Notes under the pieces: generated by a model
Database searches by the model: none
What the model was told of the DNA's origin: nothing
Seen by the model: only the letters and a program-made list of their open reading frames with translations
Part shown: positions 40,538-49,525 of the stretch, piece by piece
Position numbering within the stretch: the stretch's first letter is position 1
How the letters are laid out: each line of letters starts with the position of its first letter
Position numbers and translations under genes: made by a program
Assembly: GCA_965372795.1 (NCBI GenBank)
Contig: CBDVDR010000001.1
Location: forward strand, 64,001 to 128,000
Direction: 5' to 3'
DNA from: an uncultured bacterium
GTDB taxonomy: Bacteria; Zixibacteria; MSB-5A5; GN15; FEB-12
DNA length: 64,000 nt

Positions 40538-41872
40538 TTACCCCACTTCCAGCAAACTGTCCCAGCGGGTGGTGTAGTTGGGAGTACGGCTCGCAGATCG
40601 CATCTTCCAGTTCTTCCTCAACCCTTGCGTCGCATAGATAAGCGTGCCCGATCCCATCTTATCATTGATATCATCAAGGGTCTCCATCAACGCCTGCGAT
40701 TTTTTACTTCGCGGTTTACTAAACAGATCCGCCTGTACCTTGTCCGCCGGCACCAGTTCGGTAAACAGCACACCCGCCTTTTTGTATTTGTAACCTTTGC
40801 GGTAAATTTTTGCAAGACACCGTCCGGCATATTTTATCAGCACCGAAGTATCGTTGGTTGCGACCGGAAGTTTTATCGAGACCGATTTGTTATACTGGGG
40901 AGCATCGGTTTTATACGAATTAGTCAGGATATAAACGCTGAGATATTTGGCGGCAAGTTTTTCCGACCGAAGTTTTTGGGCGGCAATAGATATAAAACTC
41001 GCTACGGCTTCGCGTAGTTCCTCAATCGACTCAACCTCGCGCCCGAACGACCGCGACGAGGTGGTGCTTTTGCGCGGTTGCGGGCAATGGTCAAGCTCCA
41101 TACATGACACCCCGTTTAGCTCCTTGACCAGTCGCACGCCGTTCACCCCCATCTCATTGCGGACGACCTTTTCATCGGCGTTGCGCAACTGGAGAGCGTT
41201 GTTGATCCGGCGCATCTTCAGTTTTTTTTTGCTCTGATGTCCGACACCCCAAATATCACCCACTTCGATATTTTCAAGCGCCTGTTCAAGGTAGGGCGAG
41301 TCGACCAGATCGAGCACGCCTCCGGCCCGGGGCGATTTTTTCGCCAGACGGTTCGCGGCTTTGGCAAGAACTTTGGTGCGAGCGATGCCGACCGAGACCG
41401 GAATACCGGTCCATTTCTGAACGGTGTCCTTTATCAGCCGACCATATTTCTCAAGGGTGGTGCGTCCGTAGATTGCCCGGTTGGATTCGACTTTTTGAAG
41501 CTGTTCAAACTGGTTCAGCCGATCACAACCGAATAAATTCATGAAGGCTTCATCAATAGAATAAATCTCGACCTCGGGTGAAAACATCCGAAGAGTATCA
41601 AACACCCGGCGTGACATATCGCCGTACAAAGTATAGTTGGATGAAAAAACATGGACGTTATTTTTTTCGATAATGTTTTTTGCCTTAAATACCGGCACCG
41701 CCATTTCGATTCCCAGCGCTTTAGCCTCGTTGGAACGCGCCACGATTACCCCGTCGTTGTTGGACAAGACCACAATCGGCTTGCCGTTCAGTTTGGGATT
41801 AAACAACCGTTCGCAGGAGGCGTAGAAATTATTGCAGTCCACCAGCGCGTATATTATATCGGTCCGTTCCAT
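40538..41872 (-). CDS. umuC: Y-family DNA polymerase V subunit UmuC
   Basis: VDCNNFYASCE, SNNDG, YSIDEAF, SRSFG, C-terminal W..R....TPNYTTRW. Confidence 0.95.
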   Translation of the reverse strand: MERTDIIYALVDCNNFYASCERLFNPKLNGKPIVVLSNNDGVIVARSNEAKALGIEMAVPVFKAKNIIEKNNVHVFSSNYTLYGDMSRRVFDTLRMFSPEVEIYSIDEAFMNLFGCDRLNQFEQLQKVESNRAIYGRTTLEKYGRLIKDTVQKWTGIPVSVGIARTKVLAKAANRLAKKSPRAGGVLDLVDSPYLEQALENIEVGDIWGVGHQSKKKLKMRRINNALQLRNADEKVVRNEMGVNGVRLVKELNGVSCMELDHCPQPRKSTTSSRSFGREVESIEELREAVASFISIAAQKLRSEKLAAKYLSVYILTNSYKTDAPQYNKSVSIKLPVATNDTSVLIKYAGRCLAKIYRKGYKYKKAGVLFTELVPADKVQADLFSKPRSKKSQALMETLDDINDKMGSGTLIYATQGLRKNWKMRSASRTPNYTTRWDSLLEVG

Positions 41873-41883
41873 ACGTTTTGCTC

Positions 41884-42345
41884 TCAAACAATCTCGGTGG
41901 CGGGACTTCCGCAAAAGCCATGAATGACATGGGTCACCACGCCCCAGATTTCAAACTGGGACTCTTCGTTGATTTTGATCGGTTTATAATTTTCATTTTC
42001 AGGCATCAGAATAACTTTTCCCTTTTTACGGATCAATCTTTTGACGGTAATCTCACCATCAATTACCGCAAGTATGATATTCCGGTCGGTCGATTCCAAC
42101 GACCTGTCAACCACTAGCAGATCGCCGGCATGGATTCCGGCATTGATCATCGAATCACCGACTACCCGCACAAAGAAAGTTGCCGCCGGATGTTTGACCA
42201 GATATTCATTGAGATCAAGTTTTCCCTCAAGATGATCATCCGCCGGCGAAGGAAACCCCGCCGCCACATGTTCGGTCGCCAAATTCGCTTTGCCCCCGGG
42301 GGATAAACCGGTGTCTACTTCAAATATTTTATTTTTATCAGCCAT
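41884..42345 (-). CDS. umuD: DNA polymerase V autoproteolytic subunit UmuD
   Basis: VAAGFPSPA cleavage site, GDSM Ser, TVKRL Lys; GGAGG RBS. Confidence 0.95.
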   Translation of the reverse strand: MADKNKIFEVDTGLSPGGKANLATEHVAAGFPSPADDHLEGKLDLNEYLVKHPAATFFVRVVGDSMINAGIHAGDLLVVDRSLESTDRNIILAVIDGEITVKRLIRKKGKVILMPENENYKPIKINEESQFEIWGVVTHVIHGFCGSPATEIV

Positions 42346-42455
42346 ATAACCTCCTATTGTTAAGTCATCCTAACATACGGTAATTCTGACAGTCTCCAAT
42401 CACATATAGCAAACAAGACTAATCATGTGATGTTTGAAAATATAATCAGACTTTC

Positions 42456-42469
42456 TTGACTTAGATCAA
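42456..42469. promoter_or_regulatory. FNR/CRP-family-like binding site
   Basis: TTGAC-TTAG-ATCAA versus consensus TTGAT-N4-ATCAA, about 75 bp upstream of the cytochrome ATG. Confidence 0.55.
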
Positions 42470-42542
42470 GCGTACTAACTATAAAGATAATTAAATAATA
42501 GAGAGAGGTCAAAACTATATCCTATTGAGAGAGAGGTATGTA

Positions 42543-43775
42543 ATGTACAAAATTTTAACTTCATTCGTGATGGTCTTTCTGATGACAGGACTGGCTATTG
42601 CAGATGACTGTGTTGATTGTCATCAAAAGGAAACACCTAACATCGTTGTTGATTGGCAGTTGAGTAAACACAGCGAGAACGATATCTCCTGTGACGGTTG
42701 TCATGGCGATGGTCACAAAACGGCTGATGATGTTGCCAATGTTTTAATCCCGACACCTGAAACCTGTGCCGAGTGTCATGATACGCAGGTTGAACAATTT
42801 ATGAAAGGCAAACACTCGCTTGCCTGGGCGGCGCTTCAAGCTATGCCGACCACCCATCAATTGCCGATGGCACTTAATGAAGGGATGAAAGGGTGCGGCG
42901 GTTGTCATAAAATAGGAGTAAAATCTGAAGAACAGATTGCTGATTTGAAAGCCAAAGGTGCCGGGTTCGGTTTGGCATCCTGTGATGCCTGTCATACCCG
43001 TCATACTTTTTCAGTAAAAGAAGCACAACAACCACAGGCTTGTCAGACCTGTCACATGGGGTTTGATCATCCGCAGTGGGAGATGTATTCCTCATCGAAA
43101 CACGGCGTTCGGGCTTTGTTAAAACAGAATGGTACGCTTCCGGAATCAACTCCGGCGCCTACCTGTCAGACCTGTCATATGTCTGAAGGAAATCATGAAG
43201 TTCGCACAGCGTGGGGATTTTTAGCGGTACGTTTGCCACTTTCAGAGGACCCGCAATGGAAAGCTGATCAGATTACAATTTTCCAGGCACTGGGTGTGCT
43301 TGATATGGAAGGTAATCCGACCGCGAGACTTGATGTTATCAAGGCGGCTGATGTTGCCCGTTTGGATAAAGAATCTTTTGATGTCGAACGAAATAAAATG
43401 ATCGCTATCTGTTCCGATTGTCACTCTGAGAATTTCGCCAAAGGTGAGCTTCAAAAAGGTGATGATATGATTCGCGAAGTTGATCATTTGCTGGCTCAGG
43501 GAATTCGGATAATTGCTGATCTTTACAAAGATGGCATGTTAGCCCAGCCGGAAAGTTATTCCTTTCCGTTCCCGGATCTATTAACATTCCATGATGCACC
43601 GACCCATATTGAACAGACTCTGTTTGAGATGCATCTGAAACATCGCATGCGGGCGTTCCAGGGTGTTTTCCATGCTAACCCGGATTACGCGCTTTGGTAT
43701 GGCTGGAGTGAGATGATTCGTGATTTGCAGAAGATCAAAGAAATGGCGGCTGATATGAGAGCCGAAATTAACTAA
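42543..43775 (+). CDS. Periplasmic octaheme cytochrome c (HAO-like family)
   Basis: Signal peptide; 8 CxxCH motifs; CHTRHTFS, CHMGFDHPQWE, helical C-terminus with GVFHANPDY. Confidence 0.88.
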   Translation: MYKILTSFVMVFLMTGLAIADDCVDCHQKETPNIVVDWQLSKHSENDISCDGCHGDGHKTADDVANVLIPTPETCAECHDTQVEQFMKGKHSLAWAALQAMPTTHQLPMALNEGMKGCGGCHKIGVKSEEQIADLKAKGAGFGLASCDACHTRHTFSVKEAQQPQACQTCHMGFDHPQWEMYSSSKHGVRALLKQNGTLPESTPAPTCQTCHMSEGNHEVRTAWGFLAVRLPLSEDPQWKADQITIFQALGVLDMEGNPTARLDVIKAADVARLDKESFDVERNKMIAICSDCHSENFAKGELQKGDDMIREVDHLLAQGIRIIADLYKDGMLAQPESYSFPFPDLLTFHDAPTHIEQTLFEMHLKHRMRAFQGVFHANPDYALWYGWSEMIRDLQKIKEMAADMRAEIN

Positions 43776-43800
43776 CTTCGTTAGTTTGATTATAAATATA

Positions 43801-43830
43801 GGGAGCAGATTATTCTGCTCCTTTTTTATT
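43801..43830 (+). terminator. Rho-independent terminator
   Basis: GGAGCAGA-TTAT-TCTGCTCC followed by TTTTTT. Confidence 0.85.
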
Positions 43831-43831
43831 T

Positions 43832-43874
43832 GGTAGGATCACAGGGCAACCGAGGGTTGGTAATCCTGCCCTAC
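43832..43874 (-). repeat. REP family A variant with internal insertion
   Basis: ggtaggatcacaggg...atcctgccctac. Confidence 0.7.
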
Positions 43875-43883
43875 AAATATAAA

Positions 43884-44651
43884 TTATTTTGCGATTACTA
43901 TTATCTTTTCAGTTTTACCAAGCGGGACATTAAAATCATAGTCTCCATAAAGTTTAATCTCTGAGAATCCGGCATTGGTTAAACAATTCATAAGCTCGTC
44001 TTTTGTCCAGCAGCGCATGATTAGATCATGTTCGACTTTTTCAGTTTTTCTGTTATTAATAATTTTATGGGTCTCTTTGATATGTAACTGTTTCTTATTG
44101 GGATTCAAAGTTGTTTCAGATTTGAAATGCAGTTCGCCATCTTCAAGTTGAATAACTTTTTCAAAGATAGGATTTGTAGATTTGGCTTTTTTTGAGTTCT
44201 CCCAGTCACGGACATCAAATATTAAAAGACCATCAGGTTTTAGGTATGATTTAAACTTATAAAATATTTCCTGACGTAAATTATTTTCGATAAAATCGTT
44301 AAGTACACCCCGGCATATAATTGAATCGAATGAGTTTTTATAATCCAAGTCAAACAGATTTCCTGTTGAAAATTCTATCTGGGAGTTTTCATTGGTCAGT
44401 TTGCTTTTTGCTACTTCTATTTGCTGTTCGGATAAATCGACACCAACTGTTTTGAAACCATGATGTGCTAATTCTATAGAGTAATTCCCTGTTCCACATC
44501 CGGCATCTAAAATATAACTGTTGAGTGAAATATTATTTTTCAACAAGCTTCGCTTGATAAATTCGCAGTCTTTTTTTGTATCTCTTTCAATGATTTTATC
44601 ATACGCCCAGGCGAATTTAGTATAGAATGGTCGGTTAGAAGTATTATCCAT
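43884..44651 (-). CDS. Class I SAM-dependent methyltransferase
   Basis: ILDAGCGTG, GVDLS, LKPDGLLIFD; true start probably ATG 44651 because the longer frame runs into a repeat. Confidence 0.9.
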   Translation of the reverse strand: MDNTSNRPFYTKFAWAYDKIIERDTKKDCEFIKRSLLKNNISLNSYILDAGCGTGNYSIELAHHGFKTVGVDLSEQQIEVAKSKLTNENSQIEFSTGNLFDLDYKNSFDSIICRGVLNDFIENNLRQEIFYKFKSYLKPDGLLIFDVRDWENSKKAKSTNPIFEKVIQLEDGELHFKSETTLNPNKKQLHIKETHKIINNRKTEKVEHDLIMRCWTKDELMNCLTNAGFSEIKLYGDYDFNVPLGKTEKIIVIAK

Positions 44652-44663
44652 ATAATAATTAAA

Positions 44664-44853
44664 CTGTCGGGTCACAATTTTTGCAAGCAAAAATCAAGAC
44701 CCAACAGAACCTAAATTTTAAAAGTAGAATTGATTGCCAGTAAAACTTAAACAGCAAATTATTCCCAGTAGAACTTAAACAATAAGTTATACCCAATAGA
44801 ACTTACAAACTGTCGGGTCACAATTTTTGCAAGCAAAAATCAGGACCCAACAG
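44664..44853. repeat. Two 44-bp hairpin repeats (family C) at 44664-44707 and 44810-44853 separated by ~28-bp subrepeats
   Basis: CTGTCGGGTCACAATTTTTGCAAGCAAAAATCAAGACCCAACAG. Confidence 0.92.
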
Positions 44854-44901
44854 AACTTAATAAAGCTGTTACAAAAATTGTCGAATTTCTAAAATAATCA
44901 T

Positions 44902-45324
44902 TTAATCTTTTGGGAGTTTGTAATAGAATTCAGACTCAGCGCACTGTTCGAAAGCATCAGACAACAATTTCCCATCGACACCGACATTATCATAGGGATG
45001 CTCGCAAATATGTATCACCGGTTTCCATTCACTTTCACCGATAACTTTTGTATAAATCTCTGTGAACTCTGCTACCAGTTTTTGTTTCACTTCTCTTTTA
45101 ATTTTTGGACAGTAAAGCAGAAAATGAAGATACGGTCTTCCTTCATAGTCGTTACACAAAACACCGCCCGATGAGGCATCGTTGAGAACGTACAAATTAA
45201 ATTTTATCCCGAAAATCTCTTCCGGAAAGCCACTTGCTTTTGCAAAAGCTGAGGTCAATTGTTTGGCGAGTTCTTCTTTTCTGTTATTATCAATCTTTGG
45301 GATTGTTATTTCAAGACAGGGCAT
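44902..45324 (-). CDS. Tautomerase superfamily protein (fused beta-alpha-beta units)
   Basis: N-terminal Pro after Met; KEELAKQLT / KQKLVAEFT repeated units; NVGVDG. Confidence 0.75.
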   Translation of the reverse strand: MPCLEITIPKIDNNRKEELAKQLTSAFAKASGFPEEIFGIKFNLYVLNDASSGGVLCNDYEGRPYLHFLLYCPKIKREVKQKLVAEFTEIYTKVIGESEWKPVIHICEHPYDNVGVDGKLLSDAFEQCAESEFYYKLPKD

Positions 45325-45378
45325 AATTAGCCTTTTTTGAAAGTTGTTATATTGAAAATTTATATAAATCTATTAAGC

Positions 45379-45759
45379 TTATTGATTAAGCAGCCATTTA
45401 TTCGCATCTTGCTCGTTATCAAACACTTTTAATTGAAATCCTCGATTCGTGGCGACAGTTTCAGTAAAAAGATTATCCTTTCGTGAGTCGTCATTCATAT
45501 CATATAATGCAAATTTAAATTTTCGGTCCCAGCCGAATGAATCGGTAGTATTGATTATATTTAATGAAGCCATAGTTGGCAACCGACCGGAAAGATTTAT
45601 AACACCAAGTACTTTATTGCTATTTTTCTCCTTACAGTACTCTGCCACTTCAACCAAAACAGCACTGATATCTGCCACTTCTTGACCTGGAATTCGGTCT
45701 CCTGAAATCACTACTTTGATGTAATCTTGATTATCTTGAATTGAAAGGTCATATGACAT
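45379..45759 (-). CDS. Hypothetical protein, SpoIIAA/STAS-like
   Basis: C-terminal FTETVATNRG...VFDNEQDANKWL pattern; AGGAG RBS. Confidence 0.65.
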   Translation of the reverse strand: MSYDLSIQDNQDYIKVVISGDRIPGQEVADISAVLVEVAEYCKEKNSNKVLGVINLSGRLPTMASLNIINTTDSFGWDRKFKFALYDMNDDSRKDNLFTETVATNRGFQLKVFDNEQDANKWLLNQ

Positions 45760-45895
45760 AGAATATCTCCTTTCGTTGATAGCATGACAAAATGATCTAT
45801 AATTTATATAATATTCTATCTATTATACGATGTCAAGATAGTATAAAAATTCATACTGAATTATATTGGTCAAATATATTGATCTTACAAGCTTG

Positions 45896-47143
45896 TTAAA
45901 AACCAAATCTTGGATTCACTACATTATTGTTTGTAGATCCAAACGAATAACTGAAACCGAACGAAGCATAATAGCTGTAGCTTGTTGCAAGTTCTGTTTG
46001 ACGTAATAACACATCCGCTTCGTCGGCATCGCCGCGTCTTAATGATAGCTGGTCACGTATCCTTGATATTGACCCATCAATTTCCAATGAAAAACCTTCA
46101 AATAATCTGACTGACACATCACCGTACAACTGAATTCGGGTCTTGTCAAAATCGTGAAAATAGTGCAAACCACTCAAGGTAGCTTCTACCTCTCCCCATG
46201 GCTGGATAAATTCTGCTGTCACTCGAAATTGTTCAGATATAAGATTCTCACTGGTTTTATTATAAATCGTTATTTCATCATAATCGACAATATGACCAAT
46301 CAAAAGATAGCCGAATCTGAATTGGCGCCTATTAGATTCATTGTAAGGGAACAGATTATATTCAATTCGGGGGATTAAGGAAGTTGATAATTTTTTATTG
46401 CTGTAAGTCGAGGTATAGACAGAACTCGACAAACCCACCGACCAATGATCGTTTAAACCAAAATATAAATCAACATCAGCACCGCGACTGCGTGAGATAC
46501 TTAGTTCATGCGTATCTTCATAATCATATTTATCTTCATTATAATTTCCCCACATTCCAAAAATAAATCGATTCTTTTTTGTCACTTTCTGGGCTCTGAT
46601 ATTACCATATATATTAATTGAACGATAAGTTTTCTGACCGTTGAACCATGAGTTTGCATCGATAGTAAAAACCCAGTTTTTCCATTTATCAAATTCGACA
46701 ATCTCTTCGGAGGGCTTATTAAAATTTATCTCAACATATTTTGCCAGATCGGTTTTAGCAATAAACCGCACCAGACCCATGCGAATTATTTTAATCAAAC
46801 CCTTGCGAGTTATATCATCGGTATCTGATTCCTGTGAAATATATTTAAGAGTATCAGACATAGTCTTGTATTTTTCCTGTCCGATAAATTCAAGCGTATA
46901 TTCCCGACCATTACTTCCGGTTCGCTGTCTTGTAACCAGAATATGCACCTCGGCTTGCTTGCGGTCGCGTACCAATGAGGCGATACCGATCTCCTGCCGG
47001 AAATAGTCCATATCGCAGGACTGACAGTCGATAAATATTTTCGGAGCCTCGTTATTGGTATTTATTACGGTTGTATCATCAGCCCAACAGAGTGATGATA
47101 AAATTATAAGTGTGATTATTATTGATATAACCTGACGCAGCAT
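45896..47143 (-). CDS. Secreted probable outer-membrane beta-barrel protein
   Basis: Signal peptide, N-terminal IDCQSCD domain, alternating aromatic strands, ends NVVNPRFGF. Confidence 0.7.
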   Translation of the reverse strand: MLRQVISIIITLIILSSLCWADDTTVINTNNEAPKIFIDCQSCDMDYFRQEIGIASLVRDRKQAEVHILVTRQRTGSNGREYTLEFIGQEKYKTMSDTLKYISQESDTDDITRKGLIKIIRMGLVRFIAKTDLAKYVEINFNKPSEEIVEFDKWKNWVFTIDANSWFNGQKTYRSINIYGNIRAQKVTKKNRFIFGMWGNYNEDKYDYEDTHELSISRSRGADVDLYFGLNDHWSVGLSSSVYTSTYSNKKLSTSLIPRIEYNLFPYNESNRRQFRFGYLLIGHIVDYDEITIYNKTSENLISEQFRVTAEFIQPWGEVEATLSGLHYFHDFDKTRIQLYGDVSVRLFEGFSLEIDGSISRIRDQLSLRRGDADEADVLLRQTELATSYSYYASFGFSYSFGSTNNNVVNPRFGF

Positions 47144-47228
47144 TTCTATGTTCCCTCTCTAATTCCTAATTCCTTAGTTAGACGATACAAATAGTTTTAC
47201 GCTATAAAATTACATTTGTTCATTTTAT

Positions 47229-47263
47229 TAAAAAAAAGTCAGATGTGATAATCCACCTGACTT
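47229..47263 (-). terminator. Terminator-like hairpin
   Basis: AAGTCAG...CTGACTT followed by a T run on the minus strand. Confidence 0.55.
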
Positions 47264-47275
47264 AAAATTAGCTAA

Positions 47276-47463
47276 CTGTCGGGTCACAATTTTTGCAAGC
47301 AAAAATCAAGACCCAACAGAACCTAAACAGCAAATTAATCCCAGCAGAACTTAAATAATCTTCTGTTTCGTATTGTTTGTCGTATTTATTATATCGTTCC
47401 ATGTCAATCTTCTTACTGTTGTGTTGGGTCTTGATTTGCCAGAGGCAAATTGTGACCCGACAC
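47276..47463. repeat. Family C hairpin (47276-47319) and inverted variant (47421-47463)
   Basis: First copy is identical to 44664; the second has the same stem ends in opposite orientation, abutting the transposase stop. Confidence 0.88.
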
Positions 47464-47465
47464 TT

Positions 47466-47948
47466 CTATTTCCAATTTGTAAATACAATAAAATTAACTA
47501 TTTTGTCACTTGAGTAGTCCTGTGCACTCGACCATTTCCAATCATTGGCATTATTTACAAATCCTGCTTTCACTGGATTGTGATGAATATATTCCAGTTT
47601 TTGCAATAAAACAACTTCGCTATAAATTACAACTCTATCAAAACCATCCATCCATATTTTATTATTATCTATCCTGATATCTTTGAATGCTTTTTGCGAT
47701 ATATATTTTTTAAAATCTCTCATGAATGGAGAAAGATTTTTTCCTTCTATTTCAATCAATAGGTGAATATGAGAAGGCATAAATACATAACCCATTAATT
47801 TACCTTTATATTTCTTCAAATATAAAACTAATAATTCAAAAAGTTTTTCATAAACTCCATCAATGTTTCCGTAATTTTCCCAGTTGTTGAAGGTGGTCGT
47901 TACGAAAAAACAATTTCCATATATTTGTTCTTTTAAGCGTAGCCCCAT
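47466..47948 (-). mobile_element. REP-associated tyrosine (HUH, IS200-like) transposase, RAYT-type
   Basis: FFVTTT, YVFMPSHIHLL (HUH), MRDFKK, KLEYIHHNPVKAG (catalytic Tyr), WKWSS; flanked by palindromic repeats. Confidence 0.9.
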
Positions 47949-47960
47949 AGTTGTATTAAA

Positions 47961-48087
47961 CTGTCGGGTCACAATTTTTGCAAGCAAAAATCAAGACCCA
48001 ACAGAACATAAACAGTAAATCATACCCAATAGAAATTAGTTAACTGTCGGGTCACAATTTTTGCAAGCAAAAATCAAGACCCAACAG
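47961..48087. repeat. Two family C hairpins (47961-48004, 48044-48087)
   Basis: Identical 44-bp units. Confidence 0.92.
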
Positions 48088-48154
48088 AACATTTTAAACT
48101 GGGGCAGACGAGCACACGGGGTGTGGTTGACATCTGCCGCCCACACGAAATATT

Positions 48155-48208
48155 GGCAGGATCACAGGGATCCTGCCCTACTGGTTCCCCGCTTGCGCGA
48201 GGATGACA
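48155..48208 (-). repeat. REP family A copy (48155-48181) abutting a GTC-type palindrome (48181-48208)
   Basis: Minus strand reads GTCATCCTCGCGCAAGCGGGGAACCA followed by GTAGGGCAGGATCCCTGTGATCCTGCC. Confidence 0.75.
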
Positions 48209-48211
48209 TTA

Positions 48212-49525
48212 TTACTGTTCGAAAACTACTTTGCCGCCAAGGATAGTTTTATCAACCTGTCCTTTGAGCTTCCATCCTATAAACGGAGAGTTTTTAGATT
48301 GCGAACGGAATTTGTCAGCTTTCACTGTCCATTTTTTCTCAGGATTGATGATCGTTATATCGGCAATTGAACCATCGTCAAGCGATCCGCCTTCAAGGTT
48401 CAATATTCTTGCCGGATTATAAGATAGTTTACGAGTGACATCAGCCCAGCTTAGATAACCTTTAGATATCAGATAGGTACTGACTAAGCCAACCGTTGTT
48501 TCCAGTCCGATCAGTCCGGGAGGAGCCTTGTCAAATTCGGAGTCTTTGTCTTCCTCGGTATGAGGGGCATGATCGGAGGCGATACAATCGATGGTACCAT
48601 CAATCAGACCGGCGATACATGCTTCACGATCTTCTTCTGTTCTAAGCGGCGGATTGACTCTTAGATTAGTATTAAACTCTTTGCCGATCTCTACATCAGT
48701 GAGAAGCAGATGGTGCGGGGTTACTTCGGCAGTAACATTGATACCTTCTGCTTTAGCCTTACGAATAGCATCAACGGCACCTTTGGATGAAACATGCTGA
48801 ATATGCAGTCTACCGTTGGTTGTTCTGCAAAGCGCAATGTCTCGAAGCACAGCAATCTCTTCAGCTACCGCCGGAGAACCTTTCATACCCAGTCGGGATG
48901 ACTGGAACGATTCATTCATCACACCGCCATCACAAAGGAAAGTATCTTCAGCGTGCTGCATAACCGGGATATTAAACATCTTGGCATATTCCAAGGCTCG
49001 ACGCATAATTTCCGGGTTTTGCACATAATGTCCATCGTCGGTAATACCGACCGCACCCATGGCTACGAGGTCACCGATTTCGGCAAGTTCTTTGCCTTCG
49101 ATATTTTTGGTAATCGCCCCAATGACATGGACTCTGGCTTTAGCATCTTTGGCACGATCCTGAACAAATTTTACAGTTTCCTGATTATCAATTCGGGGGG
49201 TTGTGTTGGGCATACAACAGATAGTAGTAAAACCACCGGCAGCGGCAGCCTCACAACCTGATTTGACAGTTTCGGCACTTTCTCGACCGGGTTCTCTCAG
49301 ATGGACATGAATATCAATCAATCCCGGTACGACAATCATCCCGGCAGCATCGACTAATTGATTTTCATCTAAAGTGCTAATCTCTTTTCGGTTGGTGCCG
49401 TTATCTTTTTCGATTTTGACAATTTTGCCATCTTTAATAAAAATGTGGGCATCTTTACCAAACCCCAGAGCGGAGTCTATTACTCTTCCGTTGGTAATAA
49501 CTAAATCATATTTTTTACTGGTCAT
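48212..49525 (-). CDS. pyrC: Dihydroorotase
   Basis: DIHVHLREPG, MPNT, HAED, HVSS, NPPLR, ASDHAPH. Confidence 0.96.
   Translation of the reverse strand: MTSKKYDLVITNGRVIDSALGFGKDAHIFIKDGKIVKIEKDNGTNRKEISTLDENQLVDAAGMIVVPGLIDIHVHLREPGRESAETVKSGCEAAAAGGFTTICCMPNTTPRIDNQETVKFVQDRAKDAKARVHVIGAITKNIEGKELAEIGDLVAMGAVGITDDGHYVQNPEIMRRALEYAKMFNIPVMQHAEDTFLCDGGVMNESFQSSRLGMKGSPAVAEEIAVLRDIALCRTTNGRLHIQHVSSKGAVDAIRKAKAEGINVTAEVTPHHLLLTDVEIGKEFNTNLRVNPPLRTEEDREACIAGLIDGTIDCIASDHAPHTEEDKDSEFDKAPPGLIGLETTVGLVSTYLISKGYLSWADVTRKLSYNPARILNLEGGSLDDGSIADITIINPEKKWTVKADKFRSQSKNSPFIGWKLKGQVDKTILGGKVVFEQ

Noticed and set aside
42346..42450. LexA/SOS box upstream of umuD
   Set aside because: No match to any LexA consensus I can recognise.
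44652..44690. Shared N-terminus MLAKIVTRQFN of the methyltransferase and transposase ORFs
   Set aside because: This is translation of the upstream repeat, not protein homology; starts were moved to the downstream ATGs.
44664..48087. Family C repeats as a CRISPR array
   Set aside because: Spacing is irregular (tens of bp to kb, with whole genes between), one copy is inverted, and there are no cas genes.
44664..48087. Family C repeats as integron attC sites
   Set aside because: They lack paired RYYYAAC...GTTRRRY ends and there is no IntI tyrosine recombinase; the adjacent enzyme is an HUH transposase.
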